A DNA stretch of 64,000 nt from Eledone cirrhosa (GCA_964016885.1 OZ024740.1:338520001-338584000), one strand, 5' to 3'. Counted from the first letter of the stretch, positions 15,236 through 29,135 are shown. Numbers and translations: made by a program. The notes: generated by a model from the sequence alone, not told the origin.

Positions 15236-16507
15236 TCTTCTTCCTTTAGCTCCCGACTGACACCAATATCTACTACCAACCATCACCCACCCCTACCTAC
15301 CACTAACATCACTAACCTATCTACTCCATCTCCTCTTGCCTTCTCCCCACCCTGTCACCGTTTAATCCACTAACTCCATACCACACACCCTACCCAACCT
15401 TTACACCACAACAACACACGCAATTACACCCTAAACACACACACACACACACACCACTATATATGCTCCCATATGTGTATGCACACATCAGAATAGCGAT
15501 CGACAGAAATCCCCACATCATGTCCACTATGTTTTCTACACACACATACATATAGCTCCACACACACATACACATGCTACTCTCAGCCACCTCCGGCTAT
15601 AGACACCTCTCTGTCTACACAGCTAACTACCTCTGACGCACACATAGTAGCACGACCGCTCTAGCCCACCTTATTCTGTTTTGTTGGCAATACCGCTTCC
15701 CCTCCCTCTCACATATTGTCCTGCCATCACCACCCCTCCTCCTACTCTTTCTACTTGACCACTTCCAGTTGCACATGCCACACTGCCATTTCACTTCCTC
15801 ATCCTCATTTTTCTCTTCCCAAGACTGGGATTTTACCTCACATTGAAATCTACCCACTGTACCCTCGGTTTTTTATCATCTGTACACACACACACAAACA
15901 TAGACACACCCAGACACGTGCACTGTTTCCACTCACACACAAAACTACACACCTTACACAAACCCACGTCACCTACAAACATACCACACACCCGCTTCTT
16001 TTAACCACACACACATACGCTCATCTACACATACACTTCACCCCACACTGCCTCCGGATTTGATACGTTCTCAACCCATCCGGCCCCCTCCATTCACACA
16101 CACACATATAGAGACTATACACGCATAGTTATATACTCCACCCAACTCACACACACATTTTTTTCAAAACCGACATTCACGTACATACGCTTCCTTCCAG
16201 ACTCTCACCCTTACATCCACACACACACTTACATCTATACTTACGCACACACACCTTACCTTCCACCATCCCCACCCAGACTGATTTTCTTGCTCCCCAC
16301 CCTTTCTCTTCTCCTCTCCATCTCCATCCACCCCTATACATACTACCACACCCTTGCCATCCCAGAACCTGTACACCCCTCCCACCCCCTTTATTTTCCT
16401 TTTTTTTTAAATTCTGTTTTTATTTATTTTTATTTTTCCCTTCTCCTCGTGTTCTAGTTAACTTCCCTCCTTACTATCTTCCTTACTCTCTCTTGGAGTT
16501 TCTCTCA

Positions 16508-16546
16508 ACTTTCCTGATGAAGGACTTATTTGCGAAACATCGGAAC
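16508..16546 (+). ncRNA. Degenerate minimal HHR in the presumed PLE 3' region
   Basis: tttc CTGATGA aggacttatttgc GAAA ca TC ggaa; stem II eroded. Confidence 0.45.
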
Positions 16547-16824
16547 CTCCTCCATCTCCCTAATACAACTATATACAACTGGCTCCTGCTTTTGTATGTG
16601 AAAGGTAAACAGAAATAACACAATTGATGCAGTATGTGGAATATATTAGTTTAATGCTTGAAATAGCAGCAAAAGGGTCTTAATGTTTTGGACACCAGTC
16701 CTTCATCAAAAGGAAGAATGAGAAATTAGAAAGATTGAAGGGATGGGCAGGGCGGAATTGGAAAAAAATGTTTTTAGAGAAAAATAACAGGTCCATTTAT
16801 GTTGCTATCTCTTGATATATATAT

Positions 16825-17262
16825 ATCATCATCATCGCCGTTTTACATCCGTTCTTCCATGCTAGCATGGGTTAGACGGGTTGTCCTGTTGTGGGCAGTC
16901 TCCAACGGCTGACCTTGTCTTGCTCATATGGGAACTGATTCTGGCTTGATTTCTACAGCTGGATGCCCTTCCTAACACCAACCTCATTTACAGTGAGTGC
17001 TGGGTGTTTTTTTCCGTGGCGCCTACACATCCACTTTACAGTGTGGGCTGGGTGCTTTTTTTGCCGTGGTACCTCGACGACCACTTTGCAGTTGAATGAT
17101 AGGGACTCCAGTCCTATCATCTCATTTCTACAGCTGAGTAAACTGGAGCAATGTGAAATAAAGTGTCTTGCTCAAGGAAACAACACATCACCCGGTCTGA
17201 GAATTGAACTCACAACCTTTCAATTGCAAGCCCAATGCTCTAACCACTAAGCCATGCGCCTT
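16825..17262 (-). mobile_element. Full-length SINE family B (tRNA head plus TGA tail)
   Basis: Near-identical to 25441-25826(+); A box tggcttagtggttagagc, B box agttcaattc. Confidence 0.85.
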
Positions 17263-17739
17263 CACTCAACTAGCAATAACCACACCATGTGTTTGTTTGT
17301 GGGTGTATGTATGTATATATCTGTGTGTTTATGCATTTCCATGTTGTTGTTTATGCCATGTCATTTTATGTCCTGTAACTTAAAGGTTTGATGGATCAAG
17401 TAAACTTTTGAAGGCAGTGCCCCAGCATCGTCGCAGGCCTAATTCAAAGAACAAAATAGTTGTAGACCAAAGTTTGAATCTTGAAAAAGTATAAAATTCT
17501 TTATAGAATAATATCAACTTTTAAAAATAACATATATTCTATAGTACAACCTTAAATCAAACTTCCCTTCTTGTTGGTAGTATTTGCTCCATGGAGATTA
17601 GTCTAGTTATGTGACACAAATATTGATGTTAAAAGTAATCAAGCAGAATATGACTTCCACTGAGAAGCCAAGTGATTTGGAAAGAATACTAATGAGACAA
17701 AGTGATTAACTTCTGTTTTCTGTCACTTCTTTACAAGGT

Positions 17740-18030
17740 GACAAATTGGCAGGCTTGTTTGACCATAGGACAAAATACATTGTGGTATTTGCTCCAGTTC
17801 TCATCTTTCTAAGTTCAAATCCCATCAAAGTCAACTTTTTCCTCTTATCCTATTGAGGTTGATAAAATAAAGTATTCATCCTGTATGAAGGTTTGGTGGC
17901 ATTATTAAAGCATTGGTTCAAATCCCGCTGAGGTTAACTTTGCCTTTCATCCTTACGTGGTCGATAAAATAAAGTACCAGTAATGTACTGATTAATTGCT
18001 GGCCTTGTGCTAAAAGTAGAAACCATTATT
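17740..18030 (+). mobile_element. Nested SINE family A copies
   Basis: gttcaaatcccgctgaggttaactttgcc...gcctgtgctaaaagtagaaac-like tail. Confidence 0.7.
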
Positions 18031-18619
18031 AAAGCATTGGATATGATGTTTTCTGATATTTGTTCTGGTTCTTTGAGTTGTAAGTTCAAATCTGACAATA
18101 GCCTACATGGGTGGCATATTCTATGGACCCCTATTTGTGGAGTTCACTAAATTCTCTCAATCTGTCTCTCAGATTGGGGACACTTGGCAGAGTTCACTCA
18201 GTTGCAAGCATTTAAGCCATGTCTTCATGGCCTGGAAAGGGCCATAGGAACTGTCCTTCCTTCCCTGACTAAACTGTAAAAGAAAAAATATCCTCCACAG
18301 CATGACATTCATAGAGCAGCCAAGTGATTTTAATAAAATGCAAGTCATCTTTATAAACTGTTGCAACCCTTGATTTGTTAATATGTTGAGCTGTTTGATT
18401 TGAATAGAATCCTAATGAGACAATATGATTAAAGTCTATTTGCTTTTTATTTCATCCTTATAAACTGCTGAAACCTCTGGTCATTTAACCAGTTGATCTA
18501 TATGATCTGTATGATCAGTTGATCTGTTTTTCTAGCTGAGATTCTACACTTGGGTGCAATTTGAACTTGTAAACTTAGAAAGACATCTTGACATGTAACA
18601 GTGTTGTTAGTTATTCTCT

Positions 18620-18815
18620 AATAATTCTTTCTACTTTAGGCACAAGTCAGCAACTTTGAAGGGAAAGGGAAAGTCAATTAAATCGACCCTAATGCATTAC
18701 TAGTGCTTTATTTTATTGGCCCCAAAAGGATGAAAACAAAGTTAACCTCGGTGGGATTTGAACTCAGAATGTAAAGGACCGTAACTATGCTGCAAAGCAT
18801 GTTGTCTGATGCTTT
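18620..18815 (-). mobile_element. SINE family A
   Basis: Same diagnostic motif as 13865-14055. Confidence 0.75.
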
Positions 18816-19519
18816 AATGATAGCAACTGCAACATTGAAGACCGTTTACGTTAGCATACAGATAGAGAGAGAGAGAGTGGTGAGACGGAAGATGCATTGA
18901 AATCAATGTAATCCTGGCTGTTGTTTGATTTAATTGAACTATAAGAGATGAAAGGCATAGTGTATCCCACTGGGGTTTGAACACAAAATGTAGGTATGTG
19001 AAAACTAAATCTTGCAAAGTATTTTATCAGTCATTTTACTGTTTCTTTCACCACCATCACAACTACCTCTACAACAACAGCAACATCTTTTTCAATTGTA
19101 ATACCAACAATTACTGCCGACTCTACAGAAACTTCTCTAACAATAACTGTAATAACAATCACTAGAGTTATGGAAAGTAACAATATAAGCTACTGTAACA
19201 ACAAATATATTAGCAACACTAACAGCAAAATTCATAACTCTGAGAGCAATGACTTCTACAGCAGCAACAATAACAACTATTATAACTACTGTTATTATTA
19301 TGAGAAAAACAACTGCAACAACTACAACAACTCCTATACTACTACATCTAAGAAATAGCAGAAGAGGATGAAGAGGAGGTGGATAAGAAGGAGGAGGATA
19401 AAGAGGGGGATAAAGAGGGGGGGGGGGTAAGAAGGAGAGGAATCATGAGTCAGGGGAGGAGACTTTTAAAAAAAAGTGGCTCCATCCAAATTTCAAATGC
19501 ACTGAACAATGTAAATAGT

Positions 19520-19630
19520 AAAGCAGCAACAGTAACATCAACAGTAGTAATAACAGCAGCAGCAGCAGCAACAACAACAATAACAGCAGCAGCAGCAGCA
19601 ACAACAACAATAACAGCAGCAGCAGCAAAG
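19520..19630. repeat. (CAG/CAA) trinucleotide repeat
   Basis: Directly visible. Confidence 0.9.
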
Positions 19631-19799
19631 TGAAAGTGATTGTTTAACTGAAGTTTTGCTATAATGATCTATTTAACTTGCCACTGTAAATTGAATTGTC
19701 AAAAGTCTTCTTATTCACCTTAGTTAATTTGACAGGCAAGAAATGGATAGCAAACAACGTTCTTATGTAGAGGAGAAAAGTGCTTATAGTCAAGGTAAT

Positions 19800-22180
19800 G
19801 GTTGTGGTGGTGGTGTGGTATAGTGGTGGTGGTGGTGGTGTGGTATGGTGGTGGTGGGGGAAAGATTTGGTGTGGTATGGTGGTAGAGGTGGTGGTGGTG
19901 TGGTATGGTGGTGGTGGTGGTGGGGGAGAGATGTGGTGTGGTATGGTGGTAGAGGTGGTGGTGGGGGGGGGGGATGTGGTGTGGTATGGTGGTAGAGGTG
20001 GTGGTGGTGTGGTATGGTGGTGGTGGTGGTGTGGTATGGTGGTGGTGGTGGGGGAGAGATGTGGTGTGGTATGGTGGTAGAGGTGGTGGTGGTGTGGTAT
20101 GGTGGTGGTGATGTGGTGGTGTGGTATGGTGGTAGAGGTGGTGGTGGTGTGGTGGTGGTGTGGTATGGTGGTAGAGGTGGTGGTGGTGTGGTATGGTGGT
20201 AGAGGTGGTGGTGGTGTGGTATGGTGGTAGAGGTAGTGGTGGTGGCTGTGAGGTGCTAGTGGTGGTGTGGTATGGTGGTAGAGGTAATGGTGGAAAGATG
20301 TGGTGGTGGTTGTGATATGCTAGTGGTGGTGTGGTATGGTGATAGAGGTAGTGGTGGTGGTTGTGATATGCTAGTGGTGGTGTGGTATGGTGGTAGAGGT
20401 AGTGGTGGTGGTTCTGATATGCTAGTGGTGGTGTGGTATGGTGGTAGAGGTAGTGGTGGTGGTTGTGATATGCTAGTGGTGGTGTGGTATGGTGGTAGAG
20501 GTAGTGGTGGTGGTTGTGATATGCTAGTGGTGGTGTGGTATGGTGGTAGAGGTAGTGGTGGTGGTTGTGATATGCTAGTGGTGGTGTGGTATGGTGGTAG
20601 AGGTAGTGCTGGTGGTTGTGATATGCTAGTGGTGGTGTGGTATGGTGGTAGAGGTAGTGCTGGTGGTTCTGATATGCTAGTGGTGGTGTGGTATGGTGGT
20701 AGAGGTAGTGCTGGTGGTTCTGATATGCTAGTGGTGGTGTGGTATGGTGGTAGAGGTAGTGCTGGTGGTTGTGATATGCTAGTGGTGGTGTGGTATGGTG
20801 GTAGAGGTAGTGCTGGTGGTTCTGATATGCTAGTGGTGGTGTGGTATGGTGGTAGAGGTAGTGGTGGAAAGATGTGGTGGTGGTGTAGTATAGAGGTAGA
20901 GGTAGTGGTGGAAAGATGTGATGTGGTATGGTGGTGGTGATGTGCTAGTGGCGGTATGGTATGGTGGTAGAGTTGGTGGTTGTGTGGTGAAGTACTAGTG
21001 ATAGTGGAATGATGTGGTGTGGAGTGGTGGTGGTGGCAGTGATGGTGATGGTAATGTTGATGATGGTGGTGGAGGTGATGTTGGTAATGGTGGTTTTGGT
21101 TGTGGTAATGGTGGTGGTAGAAAGATGTGGTATGGTATGGTGGTGGAGGTGATAGTTGTGTGGTGATGTACTATTGGTGATGGAAAGTTGTGGTGTGGAA
21201 TGGTGGTGGTGTGGTGCAGTGGTCTGATATTTTAGTTGTGGACTGTAGTAGTGTGGTAGCAATGTGGTTGTGGTGGTAGTGGTGGTGGTGGTGGTAGTAG
21301 TGGTGGTGGTGTTAGTGGTGGTGGTGGTGGTGGTGTTAGTGGTGGTAGTAGTGGTGGTGGTGGTGTTAGTGGTAGTGGTGGTGGTGGTAGTACTGGTGGT
21401 GGTAGTGGTGGTGGTAGTGGTGGTGGTGGTGGTAGTGGTAGTGGTGGTGGTGGTGGTAGTGGTGGTGGTGGTAGTAGTGGTAGTAGTGGTGGTGGAACTA
21501 TGTCTTGTGCTGATATTGTAGTGGAATGATGGTTTAGTTGTGGTGTGGTGGTATGGTAGTGGTGTGGTGTCAGTAAGATTGTGTTGGGGGTGATGGTGAT
21601 GTAGTGGTATGGTGGTCTAATGTGGTGGTATGGTAGGGGTGTACTTGGCAGTTATGTGGGGTGGCAGTAAGATTATTTTGGGGTGATGTAGTGGTATGGT
21701 GGTCTAGTGTGGTGGTATGGTAGTGGTGTGGTGGCAGTTATGTGGGGTGGTAGTAAGATTGTGTTGGGGCGATGGTGATGTAGTGGTATGGTGGTCTAGA
21801 AATGCAATAGTGTGGTGGTATGGTAGGGTGGTGTTGATAGTCTTTAGTCATATAGTTACGGGTTGGTGTAGTAGTGTAGTAGTGTAGTCCTATGATGGTT
21901 AGGTCATTTGATGTGTTGAAATAGTGACTGTGTAATGGTATGGTGGTGTTGTGGTGTCATAGTTGTGTAATGGTGTGTTGCAGCAGTTGTGTGAGGTGGT
22001 TTGGTGATGATGGTAGTGTAGTAGTGGTGATGTAACAATGATTGTGTATAGTAATGGTAGTGAAGTACTGATGATGGATATGTGGTGGTTTGGTGATGAT
22101 AGTGTATAAGGGTGCTGGTGGTGATAATGGTAGTGTGATGGTGGTGTAGTGGTAATGATAATAGAGTAGTGATGTGGTAC
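19800..22180. repeat. (GGT)n-derived low-complexity satellite containing a 51-bp minisatellite (about 20300-20870, about 11 copies)
   Basis: Unit gatatgctagtggtggtgtggtatggtggtagaggtagtggtggtggttgt starts at 20314 and 20365, and so on. Confidence 0.9.
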
Positions 22181-22232
22181 ACCATTTATTCAATGTGGCC
22201 TTCCTTTTTTTCAGACATTATATGATTTGAGG

Positions 22233-22412
22233 GGTTGGCAGTATCGGTAGAGCGTCAGACGCCATGCTTTCCAGCATAGTTACGTCCCTTTACTGATTGA
22301 GTTCAGATCCCGCCGAGGTTAACTTTGCCTATCATCCTTTCGGGATCGATAAAATAAAGTACCAGTGATGTACTGGGTAATTGCTGGTCTTGTGCCAAAA
22401 GTAGAAACAATT
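22233..22412 (+). mobile_element. SINE family A
   Basis: ttggcagtatcggtagagcg A box; gagttcagatccc B box. Confidence 0.85.
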
Positions 22413-22718
22413 ATATGATTTGAGGGAACTTCACTCCTATTTCTATCAAGTAATGTGACTACATAGAGTCCTTCATTGGTGTGTGTCAATTATAGTAAAG
22501 GGGGAACATGTAGTGAGAAAATTGTGTTCCAATAAATTTTATAAAATCTGTGTGAGGGTGGTTAATCTGGTTCCTTCTGTTTCACTTTGGTGAGAGAAAA
22601 AGAGCTTATATCTAGTTTATTTTACCTACAAAGACTAAAGCACTGCTGTTATATCAGTTTTTAAATGTTACCTAAATTATAAAATATAAATTCTTATATT
22701 ATAAATTTCACCCCCTCC

Positions 22719-23475
<757 letters not shown>

Positions 23476-23489
23476 TATATATATATATA

Positions 23490-23765
23490 GTTATGTAATA
23501 AACAACATAAGATAATTATTTCATTTACCAGTGGTTTCTGAAAGCAGATATATCTGTTTTCAGTCATGAGAATGAATAAAACATGGTGTTTTTATTAAAT
23601 ATTTAATAAAAACACCATGTTTTATTCATTCTGACGGATTGAAAACAGATATATCTGCTTTCAAGAAACCACTGGTAAATGAAATAATTATCTTATGTTG
23701 TTTATTACATGGCTAATAAGCTCTGTAACCTACATAGAGCACTCTTTTTTCCTGTACCTTTCCGA
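23490..23765. mobile_element. Foldback element (about 110-bp arms), each arm carrying a mutated HHR
   Basis: Centre ttaaatatttaa; + arm ttcatt CTGACGG attgaaa..tttcaa GAAA ccactgg TA aatgaa (23625-23683); - arm core reads CTCATGA. Confidence 0.7.
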
Positions 23766-23787
23766 TATATATATATATATATATATA

Positions 23788-23901
23788 TAAAATGGAATAG
23801 AATGAAATGAAATTTCATTTCTCACTCTTAGTACAGCACTTACTTAAATGTAAGTATGTATGTATACGTACATACATATATGCATACAGACGTACAGTAG
23901 C

Positions 23902-23962
<61 letters not shown>

Positions 23963-24400
23963 CAGGCACACATATATATATATATATGTACGTATCAGTT
24001 TAGCGGACATTTATTATAATGTCCGCTTTGTCCGTTTGTAAACAAACGGACAGCCTGATTTATGCCGTACGGTGTTAAGGCAACCACGTCACCTTTTTGT
24101 TCAACACTGACACAGGAACGATGTACTAGTTTCAAGCTTGTTAGCTATCGTCAGCACCGTATACCCTTCTGCCAGATGGTTGAACGTTCGAAAGTATATA
24201 CTTTCTTTATGAAAATTAACGGCTGAGCAGCCTAATTTGCATATCGAGTGAGTTCAGTCGGCCAGGCGCACCGAAAACGATAAAATGGAATAGAATGAAA
24301 TGAAATTTCATTTCTCACTCTTAGTACGGCACTTACTTAAATGTAAGTATGTATGTATACGTACATACATATATGCATACAGACGTACAGTAGCATGTAT
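23788..24400 (-). mobile_element. Retrozyme-like element, about 493-nt unit with about 120-bp terminal redundancy
   Basis: taaaatggaatag... at 23788 and 24281; HHR inside; (TA)n flanks. Confidence 0.8.
24119..24159 (-). ncRNA. Minimal type I HHR
   Basis: rc: cggtg CTGACGA t-agct(aaca)agct-t GAAA ctag TA catcg. Confidence 0.85.
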
Positions 24401-24420
24401 ATATATATATATATATATAT

Positions 24421-25188
24421 ATAAGATCAAAAGATGGTTAAAGGAGTTCCATGTATTTTATTATGCGCATTTCAAAAACAAACATCATCATGCAATAATA
24501 TTTGTGTTTTCATCAGATAAAACAGGAGAACATGATATGAAGGCTAAAAACACTTGTGGATAGTGCAGTTTTAAATCAACATATGAAAAGTGGTTTTAGA
24601 TTGATGTGTGATATTGGGAAAAATATTTTATTTAGAGAGGGGGGGGGGTGGAAAGGATGAAAAAGGGGAGGAGATGAGAGGGAGAGATGGGTGATAGAGA
24701 GAAAGAGATAGTTTTTATAACTGAGAGAAGATATATTGTTTTACATAGAGAGGTTGAAAACCGTTGGAAGATAATGTATAAATTAAAAGAATTTGAAAAT
24801 TAACGAAGGGAAAGATATGTACGAGGAAAAAATATTTTATTTAGGGAGGGGGTGGGGTGGAAAGGATGAAAAAAGGGGGAGGAGATGAGAGTGAAGGTGG
24901 AGAGGGAGAGATGGGTGATAGAGAGAAAGAGATAGTTTTTATAACTGAGAAAAGATATATTGTTTTACATAGAGAGGTTGAGAACCGTTGGAAGATAATG
25001 TATAAATTAAAAGAATTTGAAAATTAACGAAGGGAAAAATATTTACGAGGAAAGAGAGGGAGTTTATGTATGAAGATGTTTAACCATCTTTTGATCTTAT
25101 ATTATGTATACTCCAGTCCTACAAACTGTAGAGTGCTTCTTATCCGATATCTGCATTGCTTTATTGTACTACAATAAAACTCACCTCC

Positions 25189-25190
<2 letters not shown>
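24421..25190 (-). mobile_element. HHR-bearing non-coding element with internal about 220-bp duplication and 22-bp inverted end
   Basis: ataagatcaaaagatggttaaa is inverted at about 25079; direct repeats at about 24620-24830 and 24830-25050. Confidence 0.7.
24454..24524 (-). ncRNA. Type I HHR
   Basis: rc: tgttttat CTGATGA aaacacaaatatt...atgtttgttttt GAAA tgcgca TA ataaaata. Confidence 0.8.
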
Positions 25191-25232
<42 letters not shown>

Positions 25233-25383
25233 CAAGCACACATATATATATGTACGTATCAGTTTAGCTAACATTTATTATAATGTCCGCTTTGTCAGTT
25301 TTGTAAACAAACGGACAGCCTGATTTATGCCGTACGGTGTTAAGGCAACCACGTCACCTTTTTGTTCAACACTGACACAGGAA

Positions 25384-25424
25384 CGATGTACTAGTTTCAA
25401 GCTTGTTAGCTATCGTCAGCACCG
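25384..25424 (-). ncRNA. Minimal HHR in a truncated second copy (25229-25424) of the 23788 family
   Basis: Same sequence as 24119-24159; the copy ends exactly at stem I, followed by (TA)n. Confidence 0.85.
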
Positions 25425-25440
25425 ATATATATATATATAT

Positions 25441-25826
25441 GAAGGCCCATGGCTTAGTGGTTAGAGCATTGGGCTTGCAATCGAAAGCTTGGGAGTTCAA
25501 TTCTCAGACTGGGTGATGTGTTGTTTCCTTGAGCAAGACACTTTATTTCACATTGCTCCAGTTTACTCAGCTGTAGAAATGAGATAATAGGGATGGCATC
25601 CCTATCATTCCACTGCAAAGTGGTAGTGGAGGTGCGACGGCAAAAAAGCACCCAGCCCACACTGTAAAATGGACGTGTAGGCGCCACAGAAAAAAAGCAC
25701 CCAGCACTCACTGTAAATGAGGTTGGTGTTAGGAAGGGCATCCAGCTGTAGAAATCAAGCCAGAATCAGTTCCGTCCCACCCTTGCAAGCAGGGAAAAGC
25801 GGACATAAAATGATGATGATGATGAT
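25441..25826 (+). mobile_element. Full-length SINE family B
   Basis: A and B boxes plus (tga)n tail. Confidence 0.85.
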
Positions 25827-25899
25827 ATGAAGGCAGACAAGTCAGTGGGACCATGGGGGGGGGGGTAGTTACTGGGATGGTAGGTGTCACACCCAATGA

Positions 25900-27355
25900 T
25901 TGGTGTAGCATCATCATTGTCAACTGTTACATGGGTAAAGGAGATGTATTAGATAAAGAGAAATTTAAAGGTATCATTGATAGACCAGGTCACGAGAGTT
26001 ACAGAATGAGTAATTGCACAGGCGATTAGAGACCAAATTAACCTAAATGAGATGCAGCTCAGATTCATGAGGCAACTTCAAAAGAAATACCTAGTTAAAA
26101 GTAAGACCCTCTACTAACATTTGAAAGATTCCGCTCCATAAACTGATGGGCTCTTAGAAAATTGGGGGTAGATAAGTAGCTTGTGGGGGTGGTACAAGGG
26201 AGCAGTTAGCAAGTTTAGAATAAACTATTTTTATAGTGAGGAATTTAATGTGCAATTTGGGTCTATTAGGGTCTGTTTTTAGCCCTCTCTTGTTTATTAT
26301 TGTCCTGCAGGCTATAATGGAAGAGTTTAAGACTGGCTGCCCAATAGAACTCCTATATGTCTATGATCTAACCCACATAGTCAAATCTATAGCAGAATTA
26401 GAGAAGAAATTCCTGACCTGGAATCTTAAAGTCAACTTGGCAAAGACTAAAGTCCTAGTAAGTAGAAAGAAAAACAGGAACCTGATCCATCCAGGGATAT
26501 GGCCTCACTTTGTGTGCAGAAAAGGAGTGGGTAGAAATTACATCCTTTTTCCAAAATACAAACTATGAGTACACAAGAAATGTAGCAGGTTAACAAAGAA
26601 TGTAGGTTATTTATGTGGTTGAAACACAGGAGTAGTAAGCAGCAACAGCTCACAGGAAACAAACTCTACTAAATGCTTTGAGAGCACTGTAGAAGTAATG
26701 GATAAGTTCTGTTACATGAGTGGGAAAATTAGTACTGGCAGTGGATGTCCTGAAAATACAGTAGCCAGAGTGAGAAGGGGATAGAAAATATCCACGGAGC
26801 TACGACCGCTGCTAAACACAAAGCCTTTTCCTTCAAAATGATAGACAGATTGTATGATGCTTGTGTACGAAAAGCAATGCTGCATGGAAGTGTGACTTGG
26901 GCACTGTGTGTAGAGAACATGCAAAGATTGGAAAGAAATAAAGCTTGCATGCTTCAGTGGATGAGTAATAGAAGTATGCATGAATGGCAAAGCACCAATG
27001 AACTGAAAGAAAAACTTCGCATAAGTGGTGTCAGATGTTGTGTGCAACAGAAGAGAATGTGGTGGTATGGACATGTGATGAGCATGGAGGATGACAACTG
27101 TATAAAATGGTGCTGGGCGCTCAGAGTTGACGGAAGCTATGGAAGAGGTAGACCTAGGAAAGCTTGGAATGAAGTGATAAAAACTAAGTTTGTGCAATTA
27201 AACCTCAGAAAGGAGATGATACAGGATTGAGATCTCTGGTGTTATGCTATACTGCAGAAGACTTGCCTTCCCATGTGCACAGGATGAAACAAAAATATAG
27301 AGGACACTAATCTGCAACAATATAACCTGACAACTCGTTACACAATAATGATGAT
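25900..27355 (+). pseudogene. Decayed RTE-clade LINE (RT to 3' end)
   Basis: GSVFSPLLFIIV..ELLYVYDL..LKVNLAKTKV; RLYDACVRKAMLHGS.TW...WYGHV...GRGRPRK. Confidence 0.85.
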
Positions 27356-28069
27356 ATATATATAGTTTAGTTGGAAAATGTAACAACTTATAGTTCAAAT
27401 CCCTTTATTCTTTCTTACGACTGTTTTGATGTACTGAAATGTAATTGTAAATATCAATAACAATTTACAGTTTAATTAATTAAATCAACAAACATGGAAA
27501 TTACATTTCACAAATCTCTTCAGGAAATATATTTTAGTTTGGGGGAATAAATGTCCCACTTCCCAGGTAGGCATATAATAAGTAAATTACAGACAAAAAG
27601 CGAAAGAGAGTTTTAAAACTAAATGTGAGAGATACATAGCAAGACAGAGAAGAACATTAATGTCTAGCATCATGCAACGTGATTTAAGCAACAAAAATGT
27701 CTAGTGTGTAGAGGATATAAGTCCACACGTTGTAATTACAATTAATGTATGCAAATACAAGTATAATATACTTGCAAAATGCTAACACGCCATAGCGTGT
27801 TCATTTGAATGTGCAAAGTATTTTTTTCAAATACGGCTTAACAGCAGTATTAGATGAGACACCATTTATGGTGGTACAACGTTATTATGGATGGTACATG
27901 AAAAGTTCAATCACAAACTTGGCCAATGGATGTTGTGTGTTAAGAATATATATGAGTTGGAGTGACAATGTTAAAACTATTTCCGATTTTCAATTCAATA
28001 AATTTAGACTATACTTACTTATTAAAAGGCACTCAGATAGATTACATTTTATACTAAGAGAGGGAGTGA

Positions 28070-28275
28070 ATCACGTGGCAAGTGAGCTTGAATCAATCAA
28101 TTTTATATTAATAAAAGAATGAAGGTGGGAGTAACAACGTGATTTGAAACCAATGTAAGCTTTAGTGCCATTAGGTGTATAAACAGTACCCTGATATACT
28201 ATGTTAGATATATATGCGTGTGGAATGGAACTCAGCATACAATACTTAACATAAAAGGACTCACCCACACGCAAC
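28070..28275 (-). pseudogene. Decayed PLE GIY-YIG endonuclease fragment
   Basis: NIVYQGTV...KAYIG..FKSRCYSHLHSF. Confidence 0.55.
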
Positions 28276-28342
28276 CTAAACGAGATATTACATAAATATT
28301 AGATAAAAGAAAATTCATGTCATCTCCAGAGAGGAGTATGTG

Positions 28343-28399
<57 letters not shown>

Positions 28400-28402
<3 letters not shown>

Positions 28403-29135
28403 CCTTTTTAACTTATGTTTATAGCTCTGGTATCTTCTTCAGTTCCATGGAGCGCTTGTCAGCACAATATGGAAGTTGCGTTTCGCTAATTTCTACCCGC
28501 CGAAATGCGATTCTCGCTAAATTATATTTGTATTAATCTCCCAAGTCAAGCGATTAACCAGTTAATTTTATTTGGCTTTTTAGTTATTCTATTGACTGAT
28601 TGATCGCTTAAGTTTATTTTAAAACGACTCGGTAGAGAGCTTAATTCGTTTTGTGCGGTTTTTGCAATAACTACACATGCTGAATTCACTGGCTAAAATA
28701 GGGGTTTTCTCCCCTTAGATTCTCGCATGTGCTTTCATAACCTGCAAGAGTCTGCCGACAGAAGAACAAAAATCCGTTGAGAAAGCGATGCCTTGTTCGG
28801 TCTCTATACCAAAAGCTTATTTTTATAAGCAGACAGTATTATTGATTTAGGCGTTGCAGAAACCCACTTTCGGAGTATTCCATCTTCCAAGGAGGGTCCG
28901 GGTAAATATCACAATCATATCTCATTTTGTTTGACCCGTTTTAGCTTGTTCGCTTTTTTTGGCTATGGTGGTTAATGGCTTCTTAACCATCGTCTCAGCG
29001 TGTATGATCTTTTAAACTTATGTTTATAGCTCTGGTATCTTCTTCAGTTCCATGGAGCGCTTGTCAGCACAATATGGAAGTTGCGTTTCGCTAATTTCTA
29101 CCCGCCGAAATGCGTTTCTCGCTAAATTATATTTA
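28400..29135. mobile_element. (TA)n-flanked non-coding element, about 605-nt unit with about 130-bp terminal direct repeat
   Basis: acttatgtttatagctc... at 28411 and 29016. Confidence 0.75.

Noticed and set aside
19379-19633. Poly-Ala/Thr ORF as a host exon
   Set aside because: Trinucleotide repeat with no supporting splice or domain evidence
20272-20940. 222-aa Gly/Val-rich repetitive ORF
   Set aside because: A 51-bp unit (a multiple of 3) in GGT satellite gives an open frame by chance; no gene context
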